A stretch of 64,000 bases of DNA from Paraspadella gotoi (GCA_051294375.1 CM119265.1:5386355-5450354), one strand, 5' to 3'; counted from the stretch's first letter, positions 12,327 through 25,797 are shown. Program-made: numbers and translations. Notes: generated by a model from the sequence alone, not told the origin.

Positions 12327-15300
12327 ATGTTTCCCTTGGCCGTCGCGCTGTTGGTCTGGATTGGTTCGTTTGTTCTTTGGCGAACAGAAGCGCAGAACAT
12401 CGCTATCGGGAGGCCGGTTGTCGTCTCCTCGTGCGACTTCGTGGCGGTTTGCGTGGAGTGCTGCAAATGCAGAAACGGTGAGCTGAGAATAAGCCTTAGT
12501 TTCGTTTTTTGGATTTCTCTCGTGAATAGGTTACTTGTAACTGGAATTTTTTTTTTTAGTTGCGCCGCGAGTACTCGCGGGGCTACTCTCTGAGTCACTT
12601 TGGTGTTCGTATCGTCTATATTTCCCACTTTTATTAATTGTCTAATGTTTATTATTTATTATTGCATTGACACGTTAATTAACGGTCTTCCGAAAACGTG
12701 TCGTGTTCTTTTTTTCTTCTGATCTTTCTATCCATCTTTCGCAAGATAACGGCGACTTGCCATGGAACAAGGCTCTACGTACTACGACCAACTAGAAAGT
12801 TTCGCAAGGACCTCGTTGGCAAAGGACAAAGGTTATGACGCCGCCAAGGTGAGCCTTTATCAGTTTAATGTGTTGTGAAATGTTGGTGAAAAAATCGCGA
12901 AAAATGGACGCTGCAGGTGGTAGTAGGGGACAAGAACGAAAAATACGCGTCAACCATAGAAACATGGTGCGGACTACTGTTCAACGCTGGAAAACCTGAC
13001 TCCGTTATGGGGGTAAAAGTCTCTCTCTCTCTCTCTTCTCTCTCTTCTCTCTCTCTACTCTCTCTCTCTCTCTTCTCTCTTCCTCTGCTCTCTCACATTA
13101 AAAAATATTTCTCTATGTCCCTCATTTCTCTCTCTCACATTATATTGGTTGTACCAATTTCATTAAAAACATTTCTCTATGTCCCACTCCCACTCCTTGT
13201 CTACCTCTTTACTTTTATTTTTATTAAGGAATTATTTATTCACTATTTATTAATAGTATTACTTTTATTGAGACATCGTTAAAAACTTTCGTTTTCTCCT
13301 TAATATTATTATATTGTGGACGAACATATAGAACACGCAACCTCGGTCAAACCACTTGACCTTAACAACCTGACCCCGCTCGGTTCCCCCAGTTTATATG
13401 TGGTCAAATCGTTGACCTTTGTAAATACCATTGTAATAGACTTAGCATCTGAGCATTTTGACTGTTATTGTTTATAACCTTGTTGAAGAATAAATCATTC
13501 TTGATCTGAAACTTGTGTCGTCCATAATATGATATTTATTTACTCTTCATTAAGGAACACCGACCCCGGAGACGAAATTCGATGAAATAAAATCGAAGAA
13601 AATGTGCTGGGACATGATCTCCGAGGTACTAAGATACAGTTTCATTAAATTCATCGCCCTTCCTTTTTATAAACCTTCTCTTTAATTCAGCATAAGAATA
13701 CTAAAATACTGTCACAGTTTTTTCTGTAAATTTGATCTTTTTAGACATTTTTTTTAATTTCGCAAGCCTTTGGTTGTGTAAGATATGTATCTTAACTTTA
13801 CCTCTTTAGAAACGTCGTTGTCGTTGTCGTCATCATAATTGCATTTTTTTTAAATCACTATGAGTATGAGTCTTGCATAAAGTCATGCTGGTTATCATCA
13901 TCATCATATCATTGGATCAATACAATCGCATCATCAAATCATTAGTATTAGATCATTAAACAATTATCATAGCATTTTGATTTAAAAAAACATATTTTGA
14001 ATCACTTCTTAATCTTATACGATTATATCTTGACCGCATTAGCTAATCACTCTAAAGTTTTAAGTTTTAAAATTTAAACAAATCTAATTCACTTATGATT
14101 GTTAATTCGAGCTCCTTAAATTTTTCCGCAGCTTGAACCCCTGTTAACGAAACCTCCAAAGGAATACTTCGACCCCGATTACATGCAATCGTGCAGATTC
14201 AGAGGCTTGTCTTTTTACATTTTTCAAAATGATTGAAAAAGTATTATGCTGTCCGAAAAGAGCTTAAAACTTTTTTAACTTTAATATTTTTAGGGGGAGA
14301 GTTGAGCTTCAGTAAATTGACGGACGGCGTTTACATGGACCCAAAAAACAACGGCGAAACCAACAGAATGGAAGAAGTTAGGAAAACTTGTTTCAAGTCC
14401 AAGTGGCAAAAAAATCCCTGGGTCGCCGTCGATCTTGGAAAAGATGTAAGATTAAGTAAAATGCCGATTCAGAATAGTAATACGAACCACGGATTTTAGT
14501 AAATCTTTTTTAGTAGTAAAAACATAAAGTTTTAAAAAACTGAAGATTAAGGACGCGAACGCGTTGAGAGGAACTTTAACGCCTCCGCGTTCGCTTCCTT
14601 TTCCTTATTAACTCTGCTCCCCCAAATCCGGGATCACATCCATATCTCTGACACGTAGACAATACCAGTCCTCATTCAGGCTCAAAATCATTTCATACCA
14701 TTTCATACAGGTTAACGTTGGAAAAGTCAAACTGTTTAACCGATTGGAGGCCAAGGGAAATTGGAAGATCGGAAATTATCCCGTTCATCCAAAGTTGAAA
14801 AACATGCCTGCAGTGGACAACCCACCTTGGGTGTGGGACAGGCTCGACCGATTTCAGGCAACAGCAGATGAGATTTTGATTAATTCGAGTTTATCATGGT
14901 GTTTGTGAAGATGATGGTGATGATCCCAATTTGCCATACTAATCTAATTAATTAAGTTCTAGAGTATTTGGGGTTTTCATCAATAATGTGATGTATAGTT
15001 AACTATTAGTTATTCAAATGTTTAAATTCAATGAGTCTCCAATTGGTCATCTTTTTAATAAAATATAGTCTGTCTATTAAATATTTATAGTACTTGTTTC
15101 AAATCTTCAAGGTATTCGTTCTCGACTCTGCGTCCCGTTGGCGCACTTGGGCAGACCACAACATCGGCACCCTCACTTCGGACAACATCCTGAAAAACGG
15201 AGAAAAGTTTCATTATTCCATCGACGTGCCTTGGGATTTCTGGGAAATCGCCAAGAAGAAAGCAGACGCTGGTTACCCGGAGAAATTGAAGGATGGATCG

Positions 15301-15673
15301 ACATTAGGAGGACGAAGGTGTGGGAACGAACACAAAATGGACGCTTGGAAGAAAGAGTTCAATGAAAATGATGCTCATTTGAAGCAGGTGGTCTCTTGGG
15401 TAGAGAAAAAGAAAATTTGATCGAAAAGGCGGATAGGAATTATATGGCTTACATACTCTCTCTCTCTCTCTCTCTCGTCTCTCTCTCTCCCTTCGGCAGT
15501 CTTGGAAAGACTTCGCCGCCCGCAACTATCCATACGTCGTGGACTGCGGGGGCATCACTGGGCGCTTCGTCGCCGTCCGATTACTCAATGATGATCGGTC
15601 GCCCGTCGAGGAAACTAACTTTTTGAACGACTCCCCTTTGACTCTCTGCGAGATCGAGGTGGAGAAAGCATGA
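12327..15673 (+). CDS. Secreted F-type lectin (fucolectin/FTP)-domain protein with large insertions; apparent frameshifts in the 5' exons
   Basis: Signal peptide MFPLAVALLVWIGSFVLWRTEA, then F-type lectin motifs in order: NIAIGRPV..SS, KLTDG, TCFKSKWQKNPWVAVDLG, VKLFNR, DRLDRFQVFV, CGGITGRFVAV, LTLCEIEV. Exons approx. 12327-12477, 12560-12603?, 12746-12848, 12917-13012, 13555-13625, 14131-14204, 14294-14445, 14711-14857, 15112-15387, 15500-15673. Confidence 0.75.
13315..13526 (+). mobile_element. Solo LTR (212 bp) with 4-bp target-site duplication
   Basis: Ends tgtggacga...tcgtccata form an imperfect terminal inverted repeat (TG..TA). ATAT lies on both flanks (13311-13314, 13527-13530). AATAAA occurs ~35 bp before the 3' end. 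Confidence 0.65.
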
Positions 15674-17156
15674 GGATTGAAAAAGTATTACGCTGTCCGA
15701 AAAGGCGATGGGAAGGATAACCCCTGGGGGAAAGGCTGCCCCTGATGATGATGCGCTATCTCTTTGGTGTTAATTTTGGTAATATCAATGATTTGCTTGT
15801 TTATTATTTTGAAATTGTTTTGTTGCCGTTTTATCAATCATGGTAATATACAAATAGTATATGCTGGATAATCTATCAAAAAAAGACTTTTTTATTAGTA
15901 CTTGTAGGTTTCAATTCTTTTTTTCATTTTACAACTTCACCACTTTTTAGTCTGGAAAACTTTGAATTATAATTGACTAAACTCAACTTGACCCAACGAA
16001 AACAAATATATAAGTTGGAATAAATCAATTTTTGTTCGAAAATAAAATTTATTATAACTTCAATTTATTCTAGTAAAAATTAAGAAAAGAATGGGAAACC
16101 ATCTATTCTCTGCATGTAAATGGTACATTGAATAAATTTCCCTATCCAATTTTTAATGTACGAAAGTAATTATGATCAATTTTTAAACGCCGAAGGGAAC
16201 TTATTTTTTTTTTTTCGCTCCGGGCTCAAAAATAGATTTAATTGTTAATCAATAATCCTCGGAGCCGCGATATTCCCCTAGTCGTCCAAAGACGGAATTA
16301 ACGAATCAAAATGTACAAGAAACAAACATTTAATATATTATGTGATTCGTGCACGAGGTGCGAAGCATATTGTATTTTTTTTTAGAAATTTTTTTGTTTT
16401 TGTTTTGTTTTAAATTTTTTTTTTTTAACGGAATTGTGACAAAAGGTAACGTATAACATGTAATTCCAGAAATTTTACGTCGCATTCCTATCCAGCGATA
16501 AGCGGACCCGCACAAAAATTTCAGCGTAGTAACGATAATGAGTAACGGTAATAGTGCAAAAAAAAATGAAAACCATATAACTTCTTTTTTTTAAAACTTA
16601 ACAGTAATCGTAATTGTAACAAACAATGAAATAACGTAACGGGGTTAACCGGATTTACGAAAGACGTCGTAAGGGGGACAAGGCGATCTCCTTGGCAGCT
16701 GTTTTTTAAAAAAAATATTAATCAAATTAAGTCAAGTGTTTAAGAATATTCTTCAAGAAATTACGAGGTGAAGGGGATTCGTCTTCGAAGGCCAGGGAAA
16801 AAGATAGGAGAACAAAACAAAGAGGTTTTTAACGATGATCTAGTGGTAAGAAATTGGATTTCGGTCCGTTTCGCGGCAAAGACTGAAATACATTTCTCTT
16901 CATCAACGTGGAAGAGGAGAATAGGGGGGGGACCAATTGGAAAAGTGGAACATCAATTCGTGAGGGGGGGGGGGAGGTGGGAAGCAATCCGCGATTTCTG
17001 GTGAGAAAATCGCGGTCCACTTACTGTTGGAATTTAATAAATTTCAGTTGTTTTTTTTAATGAATTTATACATTGTTATTGATCTCTAGATCGTAGAACC
17101 AGAATAGAGTTGGTGACGACGACGACGACGACGACGACGACGCCGAGGACGACGAT

Positions 17157-18833
17157 TCATTGACCCGCGATCAACAGCGCCACCGCCTCGACGTCGGTCG
17201 GCGTCGTAAGCGCCCCTTCGCTGCGACGAGCGTCGGCGCTGGTTTTGTCGTCGGCGATGCCTGGCGCGGAACCGGGCGCGCCACCGGGCGCGGATTCTGC
17301 GGCGCCAGCGTTGCCCAGATGAAGGATCTGCTCGTGGCATTGACGCAGGCACTCGGCGTCGATGTCCGTGATTCGCTGCAGCTGCTCCAGCACGAATTCA
17401 ACGTCGACGACGTCGAAGCAGAACTCGCGGCCGAAATGTCGCTGCAGTTGTTGGAGTTGGCGAAGCTGCATCAGCTGCTGCGTCCAGTCGGGCGCGGTTA
17501 GACCCGGAGGCGGCGCCAAAACGGCGCTGGCGGCGTTGTGGGTAAAGTTGGCATTCAAGCCGGCGATGGCGGCGCTGATGCAGCAGGCCGCGATCATCGA
17601 GGGCGGGTAGTGGATGAATTTAAAGTCAGTCGCCGTCGCCGCAGCGTGCTGCTGGGCGGCGCGGCGGATCTGCGGCGCCAACCGGCGCGACACGCCCTCC
17701 AGCCGCCAGAGGATCTGGTCGAGAAAGTCAAGAGGGGTGACGGCAGCGACGTCCCACCGTAGCCGCCCCAGCAACAGCAGCTCCCACGTCAACATCTGCT
17801 CGTAGGTGATGGAGTTGTCCGTGTAGAGGACCAGCTTGTCCGCCGTCAGCGGAACGCTCTCCTTGAGTTTGGAAGCGACGAACATGGCGACGGCGGCGAC
17901 GAGTTGGAGGTGGCACTTCTGGACGCGGACTTGGGAGAGGAACCGGTCGAGGTAGTTGACGGCGAGCAGGAACACGTCGTCCTCGCACTTTTGCTCCTCG
18001 CAGACCTAGAAAGGGCGGCGATGGAAGAGAGAGAGGAAATGAATGGAATTAGAGATTGAAATGCCAACAATGGCGGATGTTTGTAGATTGCTTTGCTGCC
18101 AACGATCAATTGCCATAGATTAAAATACCATCATCATCAATCATATTTATCATCATCGTCCTCATTTCAACTTGATTTTTGAAGAGGATCAGAGGGCATC
18201 TAACAATGAGCATTATGTTAACGAAGATTTAAATCTTTGTTCCTCTTTGTAGCTTCTCTCCCTCATGTCTTTTTCGACCGACTGACGAATTAATACGAAT
18301 GTTGTTTTTCAAGTCATTAGCCCGTTATCGGCAAGAGCGTATGACGCCGAGTTATTAAATTTAGCTCCCCGTGCCAACTTTTGTTAAAAAAGAAAAAAAT
18401 TAACTCTTGTCAGAATAGAAATAAAATTCAAAAGATTAATTGAAAAATTTAACTCATGTCAGAATTTTTAGGTGCAACTTTAAAGAATCACAAGTTTATC
18501 TATTGATAAATTTTGTACTAAACTAGTGATAGAATCCAGATTTAAAAATTAGTTTTATGTCTTGGGACCATTTAATGATATGAAATATGAATACGAATTT
18601 TATAATTGTTTGTTCGTGAACTAAACTGGTTTTTTTTTTTTTTGGTCATTCACTAAGCTGCCGGGTCTCGTTAGGACTCCCTCTTCGTCGACAAAACAAG
18701 TTAAGCCAGAATCGCCGCATTTTTGCGGCGAATTCGCCCTCGTCGTAATATCGTCGTTTTCATCGTCATGACAACGAAACGAGAATGTGAGATACGACCC
18801 AGTTGGACGTCGTTTTGGGAAAAGAGATCAATA

Positions 18834-18874
<41 letters not shown>

Positions 18875-19067
18875 ATTTCTTAACGATCTAACGATCTTAC
18901 GAATTGACCAGTGGTCGAGATACGATCTGAGCCAAATCAAGAAACTCCGTCGCAGTTTGAGATCCCAGCAAAGGTTTGGAGAAAAAAAGAAAGAAAATCT
19001 GCCCTCGTTCACCTCGAGAAAGTTTCATTCCTTCAACTTGAAGTGTGGGAAAAACTATATTAAACGC

Positions 19068-19108
<41 letters not shown>

Positions 19109-19819
19109 GCTCGTTAAAATTCGAAAGAAAGGACCCCGGCAACAAACTAAAAGAGAAAAAAAATGATTATTAAGGTTAATTTTAAAGGTTAATCATTAAC
19201 GACAGGGTTTTTTGTTTTGTCCTACAGCAGGAAATAGAAAAAAAGACTATTTTTTAAATATCATCAGCTTTTTAATGCCATTGAAAAGATGAATAATAAA
19301 ATAAACCATATTTAAAACCGATGTTTCTTATGTTCATTTGGAGGCATTTAAAAATCGGCATATAAAAATATTTAACATTTTTGAGACAAATAAAAAACTG
19401 AAAATCGATTTTATTTGGCTCACCATCCCTTCTTTTTTTTTTCTCTCTCTCTCTCTCTCTCTTTCTCTCCCCCCTCTCTCTCCCTCTCTCTCTTTTTCAG
19501 AGGCAGAAGTTGCTGCAGAAGCCTTCGCGGGAAATATCTGCCGGTTCCTCCCGCGCAAAAGGACTCGGCGCGAAGAAAGAATAACGGGAGGATGAGGAGG
19601 ATGAGGAGGAGGGGGAGGAGGAGGAAGAGGTGTCGGTGGAGCAGGAGGATCAAAAAAAAGGAGGAGATCCCCTTTTCGGGCCGAGATAACAGAAGCGCGC
19701 AACGATTTGAGAGAGAGAGAGAGAATGAGAGAGAGAATGTGGTTTGTATTTAACGATGCTAATTACGAGAAGATTGAGATGGTAAAAAGAACGTGAGCGT
19801 TAAGAATGGCGGGACAGGT

Positions 19820-19864
<45 letters not shown>

Positions 19865-20498
19865 TTTATGAAAATAAGACAGGGGATGAGATAGACCGAA
19901 AGTAATATAAAAAAAATCTTTCAAAAAATGTTTCAGTGTCATTAGTAGTTCTGTTCAACTATCGTTCAACTTTTTCTTAATCTGTGAACTTCCCGGTTGA
20001 GCGAGCCAAGACCGCTATCAAACGAACTCGGACTGAAATTAACCGAAACGCCCCAGGACCTAACGTAAACTTGGACTAAATTTCGGTCAAAATTATTAAG
20101 CCGCAAAAGAGAAGGTGAACCCCAAACTGGGACTAACCTTTGACAGACCTCGAAAGAAATCCTGATCACTTTTGAGGGAAATTTTAACGCAACTAAATTG
20201 AACTGAAAGGAAAAAACGAGTCTTCTTAAAAAACTTCTTAAATAAATATAACCGAATTTTTGCGGTCAATCAATTGAAACGAATCGATAAAAAAAAAAAG
20301 AACATTGGCGGGAAAGATCGATTCGCAGAGACAAAAAAAAAGGAAGGGAGGGAAAGAAGAAAAAAGTATTTAAATTTTGAAGTAATAGTAAATGGTAGTT
20401 GAAATTTCAATTTCTTCATTTCGACTCACAAGTAAAACTGGTTTGACAGATTTCATCATGAATTTTACACATAATTCTGATTGTAACTTGGCTGGCTG

Positions 20499-20534
<36 letters not shown>

Positions 20535-23500
20535 TCTCCCTCTCTCCAACGCCAGATATAACTTGTTTTCGGCCCTTAGTCTCTAGATAAGACAACCCAG
20601 TTTCTCTCAACACCTGCACCAAATAAGCCGGAAATTGATTTAGTGCTTGACCCCCTTGATGCGAATCGCCCAACGAGTTGGTATTTTCAATCGCCGATTT
20701 ATAGGATAGAAATTCCGAAAATATCTTTAGGAAAATATAAACAATACTGAATCGAAATGGGGATACAAATGATTAAAAATTTTATATAATAAAGATTTAA
20801 GCTTTTAAAAGAATCGCTAAATGATGCTTTCAACTAAAGTCGATCTTTGGACGGTCGCTTATAATTTTGAGCGGTGCTCAAAAGGAAACTGAAAGGACCT
20901 GAATGGATCGAAAAGCTTGAATGTTTAAAATAGAAATATCTGTAATGACTGAATGAACAAATATACTTAAAATAGAACATTTCTCAGAAATTAGAGTGGC
21001 TCTTTCGAGCGTGCCGCGCCTCTGATTCAGGAATCGGATCCTTCCAACCCCGGATGAAATAAGATAACCTGTGCATTAAATTCGGATCTGGGATCGCGAC
21101 TGTGGGAAAGCGGCGAGATAAGACTAAGTGGAACCGAAATTATAGAGATATTGGTACATAGATAAAAGAGCGTCAGACGTAATTAAGGAATAGTAGGACA
21201 AGCGTTAAATACTGAAGGACCGAATAGCGACGACAATTTCGAACATGTTTGACATTTAACGCCAGGACTGTCAAGACATTTATTTGTCTCGGACGTGTAA
21301 CTCTAAGTCGTCATTCTCGGTAAACCTCCAAATACCAACTTATTATTTCGTTTTTCTAGTAATATTGTTATCAAACGTCATGATCTTTTTAAAAGGGAAC
21401 TATTTTGAGAGCGGGGAAAAAAAGCGGGATAATTTTTTTTTAAATCCTGAAATAAATTCCCTATCGAGAAATCAAATTTCTCGAAAAAAGGTCACGAATT
21501 TTGGAAGAAAAGGGAAAGGAAGAAGATAAAGGTGAAGAGAGAAAGAAAAAAGAACGAAGCATCACAGATCGGGTTAAAAACTGATTTGATACTGTGTGAA
21601 GATCGTGAACTGTAACGTGAACTCTGTGTGAAGGATCCGACAACTGGTTGAAACAGTGAAGTAAGAGGGTGAAGATACGATTAATCTTGAGATTTGGAAA
21701 AAGTTGATCTTAAACCGATGAGAAAATAGTCGTAGCTTTGACTGTGTCTGTCTGTTAGACTGTGATGAGCATGAAAAAAAAATTACTTCATTCAATTTTG
21801 TTCATTGTACATAGGAGAAATAATTATGAGCATAAATATTAAATTGAAACCAATAGGGAAAAAACATAGACGTGTAAAGTCAATTGCTTTTGAGCATTGA
21901 GAATCGATCAAGATGAGCATGATTGCTTTTTTGGAATCTCCAGAGAACTTAAGGAATTATCAAATTATTATTAACAAAACTTACTGAAAAATTAACAAAC
22001 TCATCAACCTACTAATTCACCTCCATACTATTTTAAAATTAACAATATATTTCTTTTCGAGAAAAAAAAATCGCTGACTTTTTTAGCCTTTTTCATTTTT
22101 CTTTCATCCCAACGCGGGAGCATATTCACCAAATTCTCGCCTCAAGACATTATACATCAACCAAATCTCTCTCTCTCTCTCNNNNNNNNNNNNTTTTTAC
22201 GAGAAACAAAAGTTGCGGTTTTTCTCTCTCCGACTTTTTAGCGGCACAATGGAGGAAAACCGTTCTACTTTTTTTTTTCTGTGGGTTCCCACTTTCTGAT
22301 TTCCACGTTGCTGAACCAACGAGGAGTTTTCCCTTTCCCACTGTAATCGACATCTTTGGCCGTCGTTGTCGTTGTCGTCGTCCTCGTTGTTGTCTGACAT
22401 AATCGTTGTCAGCACGTTTCTCTTCCATCCCTGATGTTCTAAGTCATTCTCATCGTTTTGCACTCGTGGTCAATTTTAGTGGTTTTCCTTCGTCTCTGGT
22501 TAAATCGCAGATTACATTTGTCAAAGATGTCGACGTCGTCGTCGTCGAGACAGATTTACTGCTTTTGAAGCTTCGACCACGAAGGATTCGTCATCCAAGA
22601 CGACGACGACTACAATGACGACGAAGACAATTCCGACCACCAGGAGTTTTGACCCCGACTAAGAAAGAAGTAATTGCGTGAACGGTTATCGAATCGAGTC
22701 TTTGATTTATTTACTTCTTAGCGTCTTATATTTCTTTCTTTCTTTCTTTCTTTCCATTTTTCTAGTTTTAGGGTTTTTTTTTTCCAAGTTTCTAAGAACC
22801 AAATAATTTAGCGCGCGGTCGAGCATCTTCAGCATCGCGAAGTGCAGCACCTTCATCTTCTTCGTCATCATTGTCTTCTTGAGGTCGTCAATTTGACGAC
22901 TAAATTCAATTAAAACTAAAATAACTGATATAGACGAAAGGTCAATCATTTTAAAATACTTTCTGAAAAGGTAAAAATTAAGAGACGAAAAACGAAGAAG
23001 AAAAGAATTATGCGAAAAAGAATGAAAGAAAAGAAAAATCAAAAATCGAGGAGAGAAAAAGAGAGAGAGATAGAAAGAAAGAGACCCTTCGTTTTCCTTT
23101 CAAGGCTCCTGTGTGTGTGGATCAGTGTATGTGTGTCTTGTGTGTATTGAGGGGAACGGAAGCAGCGCCGGGGCATTCTCTCGCTGCGACTGCTGCGGAG
23201 GTGGATCAGGGGGGAAGAAGAAAGCAAGGAGGAAGTGAGCGGCTGCATCGGCATACCCGGCAGGCCGCCCCGGCAGAAGACAGGTTTGTATCCTCTGCCC
23301 CAACCCTAAAACCTTGGGGGTGGGGGATACTTTAAAATCCCTATCTCTGGTTTGATTTGATTTGATAAGACCCTACCTAACGTGCTTTAGGGCTCTCTCT
23401 CTCTCTCTCTCTTCTCTCCTCTCTCTCTCTTCTTCTCCTCCTCTCTCTCTCTTCTCCTCACTCTTTAATTCCGGTTGCCCCTCCTCCAGATTTCGAAGAA

Positions 23501-24914
23501 AAATCAATGGGATCATGTAGTTCGCAAATTACGTAACCCGAGAAATAATGAGAACAACAATAATTATCATCGCCTGTCACTCCCGGTTTTTCAATTTTTT
23601 TTTCAATACTTGAATGATTTCCTTTTTTTTCCTACGATGAGGTCACGTTTTTATATTTACCGGTGTCTCTTACTCTCTCTCTTTCTCTCACTCTCCGTTC
23701 CCAGACGCCGGGCCAAGAGTTGAATGAGTTCTGTTCCCAGAACAAAAAGGTTTTTATTTTTTTGTTTTTTTTTTCAGACGAGGATTATCTTTCAAAAGTT
23801 TTTTGTTCGTCTTTAAGGTTTAATTTCTTCAGTCAAGTGTTTTTTACAGAGATAAAAAAAAAAAGACCGGTAGTAGATTGGAACGGAGTGACATGACTTT
23901 AAACCGAAGAGTGAAGAAAAAGTTATGACTAAATTAATATTAGCGTATTAATAGAGATTTGAAGAACAAAATATCTTAATGTATTATTAGTAATACGGTA
24001 TTAATCATCTTAAAATCGTTTCACTATTTCAAGGAACGATAATTCAGAAACCGATTTTTAAGTCCAAATATTTTTTCTCGAATATTTGTTCTCAACGAAA
24101 GTTTCAGTTTCCATCCTTTTTTTCAATTTTTACATATTTTTAAAGTCAAAATTCATTAATTTCTTCGTCGAAACTAGACCGAACGGAAAGAAATATTTTT
24201 TTCCTTCAAAATGGTGCATGATAAAGTCTCAAAAAGTTAATTCCAACAAAATCACGCAGTCAAATTTTATATCTCAACCAAATAGGAAAATCGAGGCCGT
24301 CAGCAAGCTATTTAGACTTTCAAAATGATAAAATCTAATCAAGCAATCAAGCAATAAAGCAAGCAGATCGCCCTCACCTCGAGCATCCACTCGGTGACCA
24401 TCCTCCGCATGAAGGGTTTAAGGTCGGATTGCAGCGTCTTGAAGTAGTGAGCCGACGGCATGTACTTCGGCTCGTTCTTGAGGAGGTTGGCCAACACGCG
24501 ATCGTCGTCGAAGAGCGTCCTATCGAATTTGGCGCGCCGCAATGCGCCCACAGCGTCCTCAGGGTCGGCGGCGCCGCAAAAATCGTACACCGCCGCCGCC
24601 TCCAGCGAGACTGAAGGAGGACGATCGTCCGAGCGGCTCGTCGACGACGTCGTCGGGATGTGAATGTAGGTCGGACGGGACGAGAAGGCGCTCGAAGGGT
24701 TGGAACAGAGTGCGGCGGTGAAGGAGGAGGCAAGCGACGGCACGGCGTCGACCAAGTACGCCTCTGGCGGGAGATTCGGGTAAAAGTCCGTTGTTTGATG
24801 ACGATGGGACGAGCGTCGACGATCCTCTGGGGAATGCTCGATGGAGTACAGGGTGTTGAGGGGCTGTCGGTGGTCGTAGGGATGGTAGTGGTGAGAGCGA
24901 TGGTGGTAGGCCAT
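17157..24914 (-). CDS. CCND: G1/S-specific cyclin D (461 aa; exons 24914-24378 and 18005-17157)
   Basis: DDRVLANLL, MRRMVTEWMLE|VCEEQKCEDDVFLLAVNYLDRFLS, ASKLKESVPLTADKLVLYTDNS, FIHYPPSMIAA and C-terminal TPTDV degron. Canonical phase-0 GT-AG intron. Confidence 0.97.
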
Positions 24915-25012
24915 GGTTAGGAGTGGTCAACTGGCGAAGATAGAGAGAGAGAGAGAAGTGAGTCGTAAAAATAGGCACGACGGAATGACGAAGAAATGTT
25001 GTAACGACAAAG

Positions 25013-25087
<75 letters not shown>

Positions 25088-25797
25088 CGAAGGTCTTGTT
25101 GCTTTGTTCTCAACTCTTTTCAGGGGCGGCTGGCTTTGGCTCTCCGCCTCGAAATAGTTGCAACAGGCACAGATGGTGGTGGAGGGGAAAATGGTCCCGT
25201 ATGAAGAAAACAGAGAGACAGAGAGACAGAGAGAGAGGGAGAGAGACAAATTTCGCGGCAGATGGAGTTAAGATTTCCGCGCAAGATTTCTCGATGATTT
25301 TAACGGAATTCACGACGAAAGGTTTTTATTTCGTCGCAGATTTCAGTTTTTTGTTTTACTTTTTAGTTTTTAGTTTCGTCTTTGAAAAAAAAAAGAAATA
25401 TAAAGAGGACGAAACGGGACAAAGACGGGGGACAGACGGGGACAGAGTGAGAGAGAGAGAGAGTGTGTGTGAGACGTTGCGTCGACAAAGAGACACCCGG
25501 GAAAAGAGATAGAGAGAGAGTTGAAAAAAGGAAACAAAATCTCCCGCGAAACGTTCCAGGGCCCCCGGGGTAGAATGGCCAGTTTTTTCTTTCTTTCTTC
25601 TCGATTTCCTAGTTGGCGACGTCGGCGACGACAATGACGACGACGACCGGTCCGAGTTTTTTTTTTCTTTAAGGGGGAATATGACGACGGCACAAAGAAG
25701 ACAAAGGATCGAAGGAATGTGGGCGAGCCTCTCCGATCTTCGTCGGCGGGAAGAGCGGAGAAAGAGGATATAGTGAGAGAGAGAGAGAGAGGAGAAG

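Noticed and set aside
17160-17805. Plus-strand ORFs antisense to cyclin D, and likewise 51104-52085
   Set aside because: Shadow ORFs expected from GC-rich codon usage on the coding strand.
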